A stretch of 64,000 nucleotides of DNA from Octopus vulgaris (GCA_951406725.2 OX597822.1:38812001-38876000), one strand, 5' to 3'. Shown: positions 39,215 to 51,935, numbered from the stretch's first letter. Notes: generated by a model from the sequence alone, not told the origin. Translations and numbers: made by a program.

Positions 39215-39632
39215 TGTATGAGTATTCGGAAATGCCAAAAGTGGTTTACCAAATTTAAAAAATGGTGATTTCAATCTTTTGGATGGGTATTGATTAGGAA
39301 GACCAACTGTTCTCATTAACAATGCCATAAAAACAGCAACTGAAGAGGATCCCCATCAAAGTATTGGGGAAGTAACCCAAGAGCATAATAAACTGTGGTC
39401 CATTGTACAAAATCATCTCAAGCTGATTAAAAAGTCTATAGTGAAGGAAAGTTTGAATCTCATGAGTTGACCATCAAGAATAATGCAGTGTGTTCAACAA
39501 GATAACCCAAGAAAAGATAAATTCATTTAATTGCGAAGCTCTATCTCACCCTTCCTATTCATCAGATTTAGGACCGTCAGATTTTCACTTATTTGGGTCA
39601 ATTGAACACTTTACCAGTAGAAAAACATTCAG
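39215..39632 (+). pseudogene. Mariner transposase fragments
   Basis: CQKWFTKFK.GDFNL and HPSYSSDLGPSDFHLF (YSPDLAPSDFHLF motif). Confidence 0.8.
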
Positions 39633-40197
39633 AATCATGATCACGCGCAGGCATGTCTGTGTGTTAAGTAGCTTGTCTGTGTGGTAAGTACAGAAGTGGC
39701 TGTATGGTAAGTAGCTTGCTTACTGCTTACATGCATACACTATTGTTAGTGTTGTTCTTTGCACTAAGGAAGTTGCATGCTATTTTGTAGCTGTGAATTA
39801 TTAACAAAAAGAGCTCAACTGTAAGGTAAAGCTTTTGTTTTTTGGGTTCACTGAGGGTTTGGTGTGTAATATTTTTTCCCAGGCAAGAAGTCCTCACTGG
39901 ATTCTAGACATTTGTCAGCTTGCAGTAGAGCATTATTGTTTCACCTCCAAAAAAGTTGTAAAATTTGTAGAATTTTACCAAAAATTGTGGATTTTACCAA
40001 AAAGTTGTGAAATTCGTGGAATTGTACTAATATGTGGAGCTCTGTTCCTGCTGGTGGATTACCCTAGGCCAGGAGTACTGTCGGCTGGAATTGTGCTTTA
40101 TTGAATTCTGCTGTTTTGAACTGTCTTCCCTCTTTCTTCTTTTTTGTTTTTTCTTCTTTTTTTGAACTTGTGTTTGACTTTTTTTGGACTCAAAAAC

Positions 40198-40920
40198 ATG
40201 GCAAAGAAAGCTGATAAGGTGTCGGAGTGGGAAATTGCCCCACCCAAACAGTGAATAAAAAGTCTTGAGGAGAGGACGGTGGTGCTGCGGATGTACTCCA
40301 AGTTGCTCGACACCATTGCCCTCTTCAAAAAGATTGATATAGAGAGAGAGTTGACAGAATAAATGCCAACTATAAAATTTATTTGCAGGAGTGTCAAATA
40401 TGCGACGGTGTGGTTGCTATTTGACACCCCTGAAGAGGCTCACAATTTTGCAAGTCAGCCCTTAGAGGGCGAAGAGATATTGTTTCTTTCCATGTATTGT
40501 GGGAAATAGTTGACAAGGGCTTGGGTCTGCAGGTTGCCACACGGGATAGAACCTGAGTGGATAGAAGACACTATCTGCTGGGGTCTGGGTGGCAGTGGAG
40601 CCAAGGTCCTCAATGTCAAAATTTTGCATGCGGCTAATTGGGTGGGGTCAAAAGCGGTTTTGACCCTGTGAACCCAATCAGCCAAGAACCTGGTGTTTTC
40701 AGATTTTCTTAAAATAGCCAGTTCTAGGTATCCGGTGATTCTTGCGGGACACCTTCTCCACCCTAGTGTCACCTGTGCCTGGAACCAGGCAACATTAAAA
40801 AAAACTGTCCCCAGGACCAAGGTAAGGTCCTGGAACAGTAAGTGATGGAAAAACCTCCACCTCCTCTTTCGGAGGGAGAGATGGAGGCAGTGAAGACCCC
40901 ACCCCGCAAAAGGGGAATGT
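40198..40920 (+). pseudogene. Decayed ORF1/Gag-like protein of an L1/Tx1-like retroelement
   Basis: Long coding-like frame MAKKADKVSEWEIAPPKQ*IKSLEERTVVLRMYSK...LLFDTPEEA...RLPHGIEPEWIE with stops, then a frameshifted CHLCLEPGNIKKNC (CX2CX4[H>N]X4C knuckle, 40767-40808). Confidence 0.65.
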
Positions 40921-41178
40921 CTTGCAGTATTTCTTCTGGCTCATTACATTCCGAGTTCAAATCTCACTGAGATCGACTTTGCCTTCCATCTCTCTAGGTT
41001 GATAAAATAAAGAACCAGTTGAGTGCCAGGGTAGATGACATTGACTAATCCCCGACCCCTAAAATTGCCGGCCTTGTGCCAGAATTAGAAACAGTTATTC
41101 ACAGCATTTACATCACCATGATTCGCAGTTACATAATTGTCAACATTCACAACAACAACAACAAAGAGAAGTTCTTAC

Positions 41179-41280
41179 CTGGATATGAAGACAGGTGCTC
41201 GGTCAATACATGAAAAGGTAAATATCCCAAAATATCATAACAGCAAGGCTTACCTGTAATAGAAAGATAAATAGTATCAA
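41179..41280 (-). other. Candidate recursive splice site (AG|GT) with 75-nt cryptic exon
   Basis: Minus strand ttgatactatttatctttctattaCAG|GTAAGC (junction 41254/41253), with a ~70-nt AG-free zone upstream. A second strong donor, CAG|GTAAGA, is at 41179/41178. Confidence 0.65.
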
Positions 41281-41381
41281 TAAATTGACAAATACATACA
41301 CACACACACAAACATCATCATCATTACTGTTCACGTTTCCATGCCCACATTGGTCAGACAGAGTTTCTTGAGGTGATAATT

Positions 41382-41539
41382 TACTAGCGTAGCCGGAGTG
41401 TGTGCTGCTCAGGGTGGCCCTTCCGTTTGCCACACCCATCCACCTCAGACCCCACAAAAGATTCATATTGCCTATGGCAGACCCAAAAGTGTCGCCCGGA
41501 GTGGACCGACCCCTACCCCCATCCCCAGCTATGCTAGTA
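41382..41539. mobile_element. Small TIR element (hAT-like MITE), copy 2
   Basis: TIRs tactagcgtagc / gctatgctagta; it interrupts a SINE-A-related copy. Confidence 0.65.
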
Positions 41540-43376
41540 AATCTACAGCAAGATGCTCTTCCTCTTGCCAACCCTCACCAATTCCCAAGAAATGTAATAT
41601 CCTCATGTCCAGATATTTTCACAGAAGATTAGGAATGAAGGACAGAGGTAATATGATGTAGCTAACTGCCATGCAATGTCAGGGGAAAGATACAGCAACA
41701 CACACACAAACATGCGCACATACATATGTATATACACACACCCACACTTATATATCAGTTGGCTGTGTGGTAAGAAGTTTGCTTCCCTCCCACATGGTTC
41801 CAGGTTCAGCCCCACTTCCTGACACCTTGGACAAGTGTCTTCTATTATAACCTTGGGCCAACCATAGCCTTGTGAGTGCATTTGGCAGATGGAAAGTTAA
41901 GGAACCCCATGGTGTGTACATGTATAAACACACACACACACACACATTTACATACATGTATGTATGTGTGTGTCTGTGTTTGTCTCCCACCGCCACTTGT
42001 GTGTATGTCTCCATAACTTAGCAGTTTGGCAAAAGAGACCAACAGAACAAGTACTAGGCTTAAACTAAATTCCAGGGTTGATGCTTTCAACTAAAAATTC
42101 TTCAAGATGGTACCCCAGCATGGCCACAGTCTAACTGACTGAAACAAGGAAAAGATAAAAGATACACACACACAAACACAGAAGGGTTTTTTTTTCAGTT
42201 TCTATCTACCAAGTCCATTCATAAACTTTAGTTGTTCCAGGGCTATAGTTGAAGATACTTGTCCAAGGTACCACACAGTGGGACTGAACCTAAGACCACA
42301 TGGTTGGGAAGTAAGCTTCTTAACCACACAGCCACATGTATCCTTGTGTGTGTATGTGTGTATGTGTGTGTGTGTGTATGTGTGTGTGTGTATGTGTGTG
42401 TGTGTATGTGTGTGTGTTATATTTGTCTCCCACCACATCTTGACAACTGGTGTTGGTTTGTTTACGTTCCTGTAACCAAGTGGCTCAGAAATAATACTGG
42501 GGTAAAGTTGTTTCACGAAACCCCTCAAGGTAGTGCTACAGTTTGGCCACAGTCCAGTGACAAACAAATAGAAGATGAAAGAAAGACTCTTACACACTAG
42601 TGTAATTAAAAACATTACAAACGTTATCAAAATAACCTCCACCCATGACCACAATGACCAACTCCTCTTCCCTTCATCTGGGATCAATAACTAACACAAT
42701 ATTTTCATGGTGCAGTCTGAAGAAGACAACAGCAACAACTAAAATATTGACATCAATATCATCACAACCACCACCATTGCCATCATTATCATCACCCTGA
42801 CTATCAACACCATAACCATAACCATCATCACCCCTACCATCATCAGATTATTCTTATCACTATAACTGCCACCATCACCACATCATAAAATCCATTTGTC
42901 TATGCTGGCAGAAGTTGGAAAGGGAAGAGAAAATTTAATTATAAAACTGTAAACACAGGGTTTATATTATATATATATAAGTTCAAATAAAGGTTATAAA
43001 CCTGATTAAAGGATAATAAAATCCAATGAAAATACTGGTTAGTTACCTATTTAAAAAGTGTTGAATATTACAATTAATATTCAACTGCAAGGTAACTAGA
43101 TAAACCATGGTTTATATATATATTTTAATATATTTTAATATACATCATCATCATCATTTAACGTCCGTTTTCCATGCTGGCATGGGTTGGACGGTTTGAC
43201 TGGGGTCTGGGAAGCCAGGAAGCTGCACCAGGCTCCGAGAGTGTAGTGGGTGCCACCGGCACAGGGGATAGAGGAGGCTGGCATCAACCAAAACCGGATG
43301 GTGCTTTTTACGTGTCACAAGCACGGAAGCCAATAAAGGCAGCACTGGCATCTATATATATATATATATATATATA

Positions 43377-44248
43377 TGAGGTGGTATCAAAGAGTTCCTG
43401 GACTAGTTATGTTTATTAAAAAAATAACTCATTTACCTAAATTTTAACATCATCTCCTTCAAAATAGTCAACTTGCGCAGCAATACACTGGCCCAGTGTC
43501 CCTGCCACTTTTGGAATCTGACCTGGAAGTGGTTTTCTGTAACCAAGTCAGACCATCTACAATTCGTTTTGGATTTTAACAATGATGTTAAAACAGCAAC
43601 CTTTGAGCTGCATTTTCATCTGGGGCAAGAGACAGAAGTCCACAGGTGCTAAATCTGTCAAATAGGGTGGATGCAGAAGTGATATTATGATTTTGGCGAG
43701 AAACTCATAAGTGAGGAAAGCTCAGTGACAGGGTGCATTGTCAGCATGAAGAACCTAATTCTTCATGTTCCACAGATTGAGTTGCTTTCACCAAATGCCC
43801 TCCCTTGAATACTTCAAAGCATTGTTGATTGTCCTCTGATGATCCTCATACACAAGCCGATGAATTTTCTCCACATTTCTAGAGGTGACGCTTATGGTAG
43901 GTCTTCCATATCACACATCTTCCAGGGACGTTCTGCCCACGCCACTTCAAACATTGCATACAATGCATTACCTCGTCACTGTAAGCTTGTTGAAGCATGC
44001 CTGATATCTCCGCAGCAGACTTCCTAAGTTTAATGCAAAATTTCACGTTTGCTATTTGTTCCAACCTCCTGTCTGTGGCAAAATTCATATACACATGATC
44101 ACAAAACCACAAATTTCACAACTTGCGAAGGAAACACAGCGATGTCGTTTGGCACATTGCCTCATGAAGGTCACTGCTAGCTCTCACTGCACACATAACT
44201 ATGTGTTGCCATCTGTTGTCATGCTACAAGACTAGTCCTGAAGCATTT

Positions 44249-44255
<7 letters not shown>
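43377..44255 (-). mobile_element. Decayed mariner transposon
   Basis: TIR remnants in TA repeats. Minus translation gives EQIANVKFCIKLRKSAAEISGMLQQAYSDE (HTH), HPPYLTDLAPVDF, and FQKWQ...CIAAQVDYFEGD. Confidence 0.85.
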
Positions 44256-44295
<40 letters not shown>

Positions 44296-45714
44296 AAATA
44301 ATTAAAGGGCGGGCAGCAGGCTGCCTCGCCGCATACCGAAGGAATTAGAAATGGCAGTCAAAGACTGTTTTTTCCATTTTCTATAAGTGGATTTTCCAAA
44401 TACGACGAACCCTGCGATTCACATACGCAAAAAACGGAGTAGCAAATAAACGAAACCAATCTCTTACCGTTAATGATGAACATGTTTCTAGATCACAAGC
44501 ACGAAAATAGCTTGATTTCCTTTATCAACACCATATTCGATAGATTTACCAAATGCCACAAGCCCTCACTTCTGACCAAGCGACATCAGATAGTGGGGGA
44601 GGTGTGCATATGTTAAAACTAAGTAATGACTGAGAACGTAAATTTTCCCTCCAAAAATTTTGCCGTGCGCACCGCCTGGCCGATCGCAATGGAATAAGAT
44701 CATTTTAACATCCGCTTTCCATGCTGGCATGGGTTGGATGGTTTGACTGAGGACTGGTGAGCCAGAAGCTGCACCAGGTCCAATCTGATCTGGTAAAGTT
44801 TCTACGGCTGGATGCCCTTCCAAATGCCAACCACTCTGAGAGTGTAGTGGGTGCTTTTTACATGCCACTGGCATGGGTACCAATCAGGCGGTACTGTCAT
44901 TGGCCACGTCAGCGATTTTGATTTGTTTACACTTGCCTCAATAGGTCTTCGCAAGCAAAGTTCATTGTCCAATGAATGAGAGGTAATCATAAGTGGGCCG
45001 GTTACACCCCACGTTCGGATGTGCTTTTAATGTTCCACTGGCACAAGTGCCAATCAGGTGGTACTGTGATCAGCCACGTCAGCGATATATATATATATAT
45101 AATTATTTATAGGTTTCATTTGAATCAAAGTATTTTAACATTCAAGACATCAAGAGAAGGTCAAGTTTGGCATATATGTGTATATATATCACATACAAAT
45201 ACATCCATACATACGTGTGCATATACAGACATATCCATACACCTACATTTATACATATAAATGTAAATATATACATATGCATACAGGCATGCAGGCTCAA
45301 GATCCAATGAAAGTTCCAGATCTAACATAGGGAAGGTTCTTGGTATGGTGTTTGCATAAAGAATGTTCTTAACCCATGCCAGCACAGACAACAGATGTTA
45401 AATGGTGATGATGATGATGATGATGATGGTGATATATATCGTTCAGCAACATACAAGTGTTAAACTATGTTATATACTATGCAGAAGACGTGAATTTTTA
45501 GAATATTTGCTGTTTCTCAGAAAACTGATATAAATCTCCAAATCATTAGAATGTTAAGAAAAAAAAAATAAAAACATCAAAGACTTCATTGGAAGAAAAG
45601 AAACAAAAATATTTAGGTTTCATGTTTATTTGGTCAAATTTCTCTAAAACACACACACACTAACATAAATATATATACAGTAGATGATGATGATTACATA
45701 CATGTTTGTAGTAG

Positions 45715-45835
45715 GGAGCCCATGCTTCTGCCCCATACAAAAGTGTGCTCAAAATACAAGATCTGTATACTCTTATCTAAGTTTTCAAACTGACACGGTG
45801 TTCATCCCATGAACTTGTAGCCTTAGATATTTTAA
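45715..45835 (-). pseudogene. RTE-BovB-like LINE ORF2 fragment
   Basis: Minus translation IRVYRSCILSTLLYGAEAW. Confidence 0.75.
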
Positions 45836-46816
45836 CATTAATTAAAAAAATTATATCCTGCAATCAACAGATGCATTCGTCCGATTCTAAGCAAAACCAA
45901 AATCCTCATTGTCCCCAATGTAAAAGCCAAACCTGGATGCAAATTACATTCACACATTCATCAAAAATAGATGCAGCTTTTTCTTTTTAACTTTTTTGTT
46001 TTTTTTTGTTTTTAATACTTTCCTTCAAACATTCATACTTTGCAATCAATGAGAGTGACCATCATTTATATATATGAAAGGTACTCCGTCAGTTACTACG
46101 AGGGTTCCAGTTGATCCGATCAACGGAACAGCCTGCTCGTGAAATTAACATGCAAGTGGCTGAGCACTCCACAGACAAACTGACCAATTCCTTGTGAGCA
46201 GAATTTAGCAAACTGAAATTGTGCAGAAACCAGTCAAATACACACACACACACCAAACATAAACATACATACACAAACTCTCTCTCACACACACACACAC
46301 ATATCAAAACAGTTATATACACCAAACATAAAAACAGTGTCTCTTTCTTACATACACAGTAAATATTTAAATACACACACACACACACACACACTGAAAC
46401 ATGAACACACACCAAAGACAAAAGCTCACACACACACACACCAAACATCAAAATACATACACAAACTCTCATACATACACATATACAAACATACATGCAC
46501 ACATACATACACAAATATCATAGTCTCTCTTTTACACACACACACACACTAAATATATAAATACACACACAAATTCTTATACGCACACATATCAAAACAT
46601 AAATACACACCCCCAAACACAAAAACTCACACACACAAATTTTCATACACACATACATTGAAACATAAATACACACCCCAAAAACAAAAGCTCACACACA
46701 GAGACACACATCGAAACTAATACACACACCAAAGACAAAAGCTCACACACATACACCAGATATAAACACACACATACACACACACACACAAATAGACACA
46801 GTTAATATATACTGAC

Positions 46817-46825
46817 CAGTAGGAA
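46817..46825 (-). other. Candidate 9-nt microexon (TTCCTACTG)
   Basis: Minus strand ttcactgTGCtttccttctttctttctttCAG|TTCCTACTG|GTCAGT; about 250 nt of unique non-repeat sequence lies upstream. Confidence 0.45.
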
Positions 46826-48629
46826 CTGAAAGAAAGAAAGAAGGAAAGCACAGTGAAAATGGCCCTCACCAGCAAAACATGGCAGTTACAACAACAATAA
46901 CAACAACAAGAGTATAAAAACTTAGCTGAGAGTTGTAAACACTGCCTACGAAAGGTGAAGTTGGTTGTGTCAGAGGTCTACAAACATAAAGACAGTAGGA
47001 TCAAACCTCAGCTTCAGTCGAAATATCAATGAGAGAGAGGACAAAACGAGATTGAAGGAAGAGAACAGCATTGAGTGATTTCCTTCATGTCTGAGACGGA
47101 CTGCTATGACACACGGACACATACATATGCACACACACATACACGTATATATATACACACATATACACACACATACAAACACTTAGGCACATATATACCT
47201 ACAAATATATATATATATATATATATGCATATACACACACACATAGAAATACTAGATTACATACACACAAATAACCTCAAGATACATACATATATCCATA
47301 CTAATGCAAGAAAACATTTAGTTGGTACCAGACCACATACACACACCAGTACAGTTTGACTTAAACACAAGCATACATATGCACACTAAGTTCACACACA
47401 CACACACACACACATACATGTATACTCTATACACACACATATGTATACATCATTAAACAGAGACTTGGTGACATCCCCCCAGGCACACATATGCTAGTAC
47501 ATACATCCTCTACTAACAAATACATATACACACACATTATAAAGACACATACCCTAATGCATTAACATCCACACTGAAACACACACACACATACATATAT
47601 GCTAAGCTAACACACACATACACACATTCATACATCATTAACCAGAGAAGTGGTGACATCACAGTCAGTATGTTCGTTAAATGTTAACAGTTGTCCGTGT
47701 GTCCCTCACTCACACCAGTAATTACTACCAATCATCAACAAGGAAAGACACTATGTGGTTGCTCAGTCTGCTAACAATAACAACCAAATCTCTCTCAAAC
47801 CACCTCTCAGCGACTTGAGAAAGGCAAGAAGACACTAGATAATGCTCTCCTGCTACACGTTCCTAAAAACACAGGATGATAATGATTGGAATATATTTAA
47901 TCATATATTTGACCTAGGGCTGAACAACAACAAGAAAACCCTAGTTATTATGTCTGTCTGTATGTCAAAAAAAAAATGAGCAGCCTGCCTGATCAGGGCG
48001 GCTAACAGGCTTTATCTATGGTTAAGGTTAATATTATCATCGTGTGATGTATCTGGTCACATCATATATAAATGGTCAATTTTGTTATTTTTACAGCTTA
48101 ATAGACCAATTATGATCAAGATGCAATAGATATTTCTCCTGTATCTTTTCACATATATCAATCAACACTATCTGCAATCCATTGTGGTTTCCTTACATAA
48201 ATATTTACAAGTTCTATATTTGGATCACTGGTAGATTAAGCTGCAGAAATCCTAACTCAAAGCCCCAGTCAAACCAACACACACACAACATGTAAACATT
48301 ATATGCGAAGATGCATGGCCTGGTGGGTGAAAGTGTTAGGGTTACAATCATAAAGTGGTACACTATTCTTGAACAAGATACATCATTTCACATTGCTCCA
48401 TCCAATCTGCTAAAAATGTGTATCAGACTAGTGCTGGTGCAAGCTGCTATTTCCCTCCAAATGTCCTCTCAAAGGTTAAATAGAGGACCAGAAGTTGCAC
48501 CTCATGCAACAGGTCGCCCCTCACCTTACAACCAATGATGTCCAAAGGATGGACAGACAAAGGCCAACACCTCTTAGTATTAGTGCTATTGCAGGAGCGC
48601 CAGAATAAAGATGAAAGACAACACTAACA

Positions 48630-48850
48630 TTTAACATTTAAACAGGCCATATCCAACCCAAATACTTTACCTGTTCTATGCTCAAACTAGCCAGATCCAG
48701 CTTCTCACACCTACCCTACAATTACCTTCTAAAAATAAACAATCACTTCATTAAAATCTCAAAGTTATGAGATAATACATGATTAATTCAAAACAAAGAG
48801 AATAAATAAGCATTACATTTGACAGAGTAATCTGAATGCTTAAAGGGTTA
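48630..48850. mobile_element. piggyBac-like MITE, decayed
   Basis: Right end aatgcttaaagggtta matches the end at about 26340-26371 (gatatggctggtttaattgctaaagggttaa). Confidence 0.5.
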
Positions 48851-49699
48851 GACTGCTTGAGGGACTCCAGCTCGTGATGTGCGTTTCATTGAATGGACCC
48901 CAGTACCTAATTGACCGTAGCAGGTTTTGAATGCAGAACATAAAGTAGCCAAACAAATACTGCTAAGTATTTCATCCAATATCATAATGATCTACTCCTA
49001 AAACCCCATGGACCTACAGAAATAATCTGGACAATGGACAAGCAACAGAATCAGTACAGCAGACCATGTAGTATATGAATTTACATGCAGCATTTTCTGG
49101 TATGCAAACTGACAGTTTGTAGTGTAAACACTCAAGCATTTCCAAATCCTGCTGCAATTCACATGGAAATTTTGGTTCTCCGAAGTTGTCTTGGTGTATA
49201 AGTCAACCTACCCATTTTTTGACTGTAAATTTTAGTGTAAAAAATTCAACTTGTAAGCCAAAAAATACAGTGTATGTATATATGTATGTACATATGTAAG
49301 AGTGGCTGTGTGGTAAGTAGCCTTGCCAACTACATGGTTCCGGATTCAGTCCCAATGTGTGGCACCTTGGACAAGTGTCTTCTACTATAGCCTCAGGCTG
49401 ACCAAAGGCTTGTGAGTGAATTTGGTAGAAGGAAACTGAAAGAATCCCATCATATATATGTATATATGTGTGCGTGTGTGTTTGTATGTCTGTGTTTATC
49501 CCCCCAGCATTGCTTGACAACCAATGCTAGTGTGTTTACGTCCCCATAACTTAGTGGTTCGGCAAAAGAGACCGATAGAATAAGTACTAGGGTTACAAAG
49601 AATAAGTCCTGGGGTTGATTTGCTCGAATAAAGGCGGTGCTCCAGCATGGCAGCAGTCAAATGACTGAAACAAGTAAAGGAGAGAGTATATATATATAT

Positions 49700-49909
49700 A
49701 TTTCTCTCCTTGTTTTTTTCTGTGTCCCTTTCTGTAGAAGAGCAAAGACTCGAAACGTAAAAGACTTTTTCTATTCCTGAGCGTTATACTAATACATCTG
49801 TTTGTTTTGTACACCACCTGTCTTCGTCTTTAGTTTTTTTCGTAAACTCTCCCAATCATCATCATCATTGTTTAACGTCCGTTCTCCATGCTAGCATGGG
49901 TTGGACATA

Positions 49910-49957
<48 letters not shown>

Positions 49958-50120
49958 GTTGGAATATACAAAAAACAAAAAACAATGAAAGGTGTATAAA
50001 CAACAAACAGGTGTATTAGTTTAACGCTTGGGAAGGTGAAAAAGTCTTTTACGTTTCAAGCCTACGCTCTTCAACAGAAAGGAACATGAGAAAATAAACA
50101 GAAAGAGAGAATAAAAAAAG
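49700..50120. mobile_element. Inverted pair of Penelope-like 3' fragments with variant hammerhead cores
   Basis: 49700-49855 and 49960-50120 are inverted homologs. Cores are cttt-CTGTAGA-A-GAG...CTC-GAAAC-GTA-aaag (+, 49728-49763) and the CTGTTGA equivalent (-, 50046-50081). Confidence 0.6.
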
Positions 50121-50684
50121 CTTTAGTGGCTAGAGGTCGGTCACAGACACACATTTACATACACGTGTGTGTATATACAAATGTATTTTTTGATAATAGC
50201 TTCTTAAAAAACACATTGAGGTTCAACTGGGTTAACAGATGACAATATTTTGGTTGTCAAGTCACCCTCCACAGGTTCCTCCCCTCAAACAACAGTTATT
50301 TTAACCTAAAAATTATTTTTAGAATCACACCACAAACGCACGCACATACATACACACACACACTTTCATATACAGCTTTAATTAACTCATATGTTCTGTG
50401 GTATATTACATAAACATGTGGGTGTATACAAAATCCAAGTAATGTGTGTATGTGTGCGTGTGAATGTAAGAATATATTTATGTGTTTATACATGAAGACA
50501 GAATAAATTTGTAAATCTTAACTTCACATAAATTAATAAACTCCTGTATTTGTTAAGAATATCTGACTTGTTTATATACTTAAATTTATATATATAACAT
50601 ACATAAAATCTCTCATAAGTGTATACACACGCACGCATACGTATATACAAACACACACATAAACATATGTACTAATACATATAC

Positions 50685-50726
<42 letters not shown>

Positions 50727-51694
50727 TATTTTAAAATCTAATTTGCAGTGTAGAGCATTCCCTTCATCAGTTGTCAACTGGAGGATCACTTTTGGAGATT
50801 CACATTATTACTTCTTCCATCAATGCCAAGAGGTACAGGAGTGGCAGCGTGATAAGTAGCTTGCTTACCAACCACAATTCCAGGTTCAGTCCCACTGCGT
50901 GGCACTATAGGCAGGTGTCCTCTACTGTAGCCTCAGGGCAACCAATGCCTTGTGAGTGGATTTGGTAGACGGAAGCTGAAAGAAGCCCGTCATATGTATA
51001 TAAATATACATATATGTATCTGTGTTTGTTCCCCCGACATCGCTTAACAACCAATGCTGTAACTTAGCGATTCAGTGAAAGAGACTGATAGAATAAGTAC
51101 TAGGCTTACAAAAAAATAAGTCCGCGGGTTGATTTGCTCAACTAAAGGCAGTGCTCCAGCATGGCCACAATCAAATGACTGAAACAAGTAAAAGAGTAAC
51201 ACTGAGACTACCAGGAAATATCAAAGTTCTTTCAGCTTCCATACCATTTTAGCTTCTCCTGTCGTCCATGGCAGATACCAGTGTCATGCAAATGGCACCC
51301 GTACTGGTACGAATTAAAAGCATCCATTTCACTCTTGGAGTGGTTGGCATTAAGAAAGGCATCAAGCTGTAGAAAACCATGCCAAATCAGACTGGAACCT
51401 GGTGCAGTTCTCCAGCCTACCAGTTCCAGTCAAACCATTCAACCCATGCTAGCATAGAAAGCAGACATTAAATAATGATGATGATGTTGATGTTGATGAA
51501 GCAAGCATTTGGTATTTTGCTTCAGAAATATAAATGTGAGTGCAGAAGAACATCCTTTAGTTAGTATTAACATGTAGCTGAACTTGGAACATAGCTGAGT
51601 GAGCTGTGTTTGACAGGAAACTTAACTATTGTTCATGATGCAAGTGAGACACAGGAGATCCATAAGATAAAACATCACAAACAGCAAAATATAA

Positions 51695-51935
51695 GAAATG
51701 TTGGACATAAGAAGCATCAGATATAGTGTAAAAGAGAGACTGCGCTGGCATGGTTATGTGCTGCATATAGATGAAGAGAGCTGTGTGAAGAAGTATCACA
51801 CCCTAACAGTGGAAGGAGATCCAGGAAGACATGGGATGAGGTGGTGAAGCATGACCTTCAAACATTGGGCCTCACAGAGGCAATGACAAGAGACCTTTGG
51901 AGATATGCTGTGATCGAGAAAACCTGGCAAGTAAA
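51695..51935 (+). pseudogene. RTE-clade LINE ORF2 C-terminal fragment
   Basis: RLRWHGYVLHIDEESCVKKYHTLTVEG...RKTWDEVVKHDLQTLGLTEAMTRD..WRYAV. Confidence 0.85.

Noticed and set aside
43038-43060. ttttaaaTAG|GTAACT on the minus strand
   Set aside because: Short pyrimidine tract within an AT-rich, repeat-like segment; no clear downstream donor.
18284-46825. Joining the 9-, 75- and 45-nt segments into one coding ORF (xPTGKPCCYDIL...GKCLVCPSKNILNLY)
   Set aside because: The phase-1 frame is open, but the peptide resembles nothing I recognise. Two exons starting with GTAAG are better explained as recursive sites, so it is not reported as a CDS.
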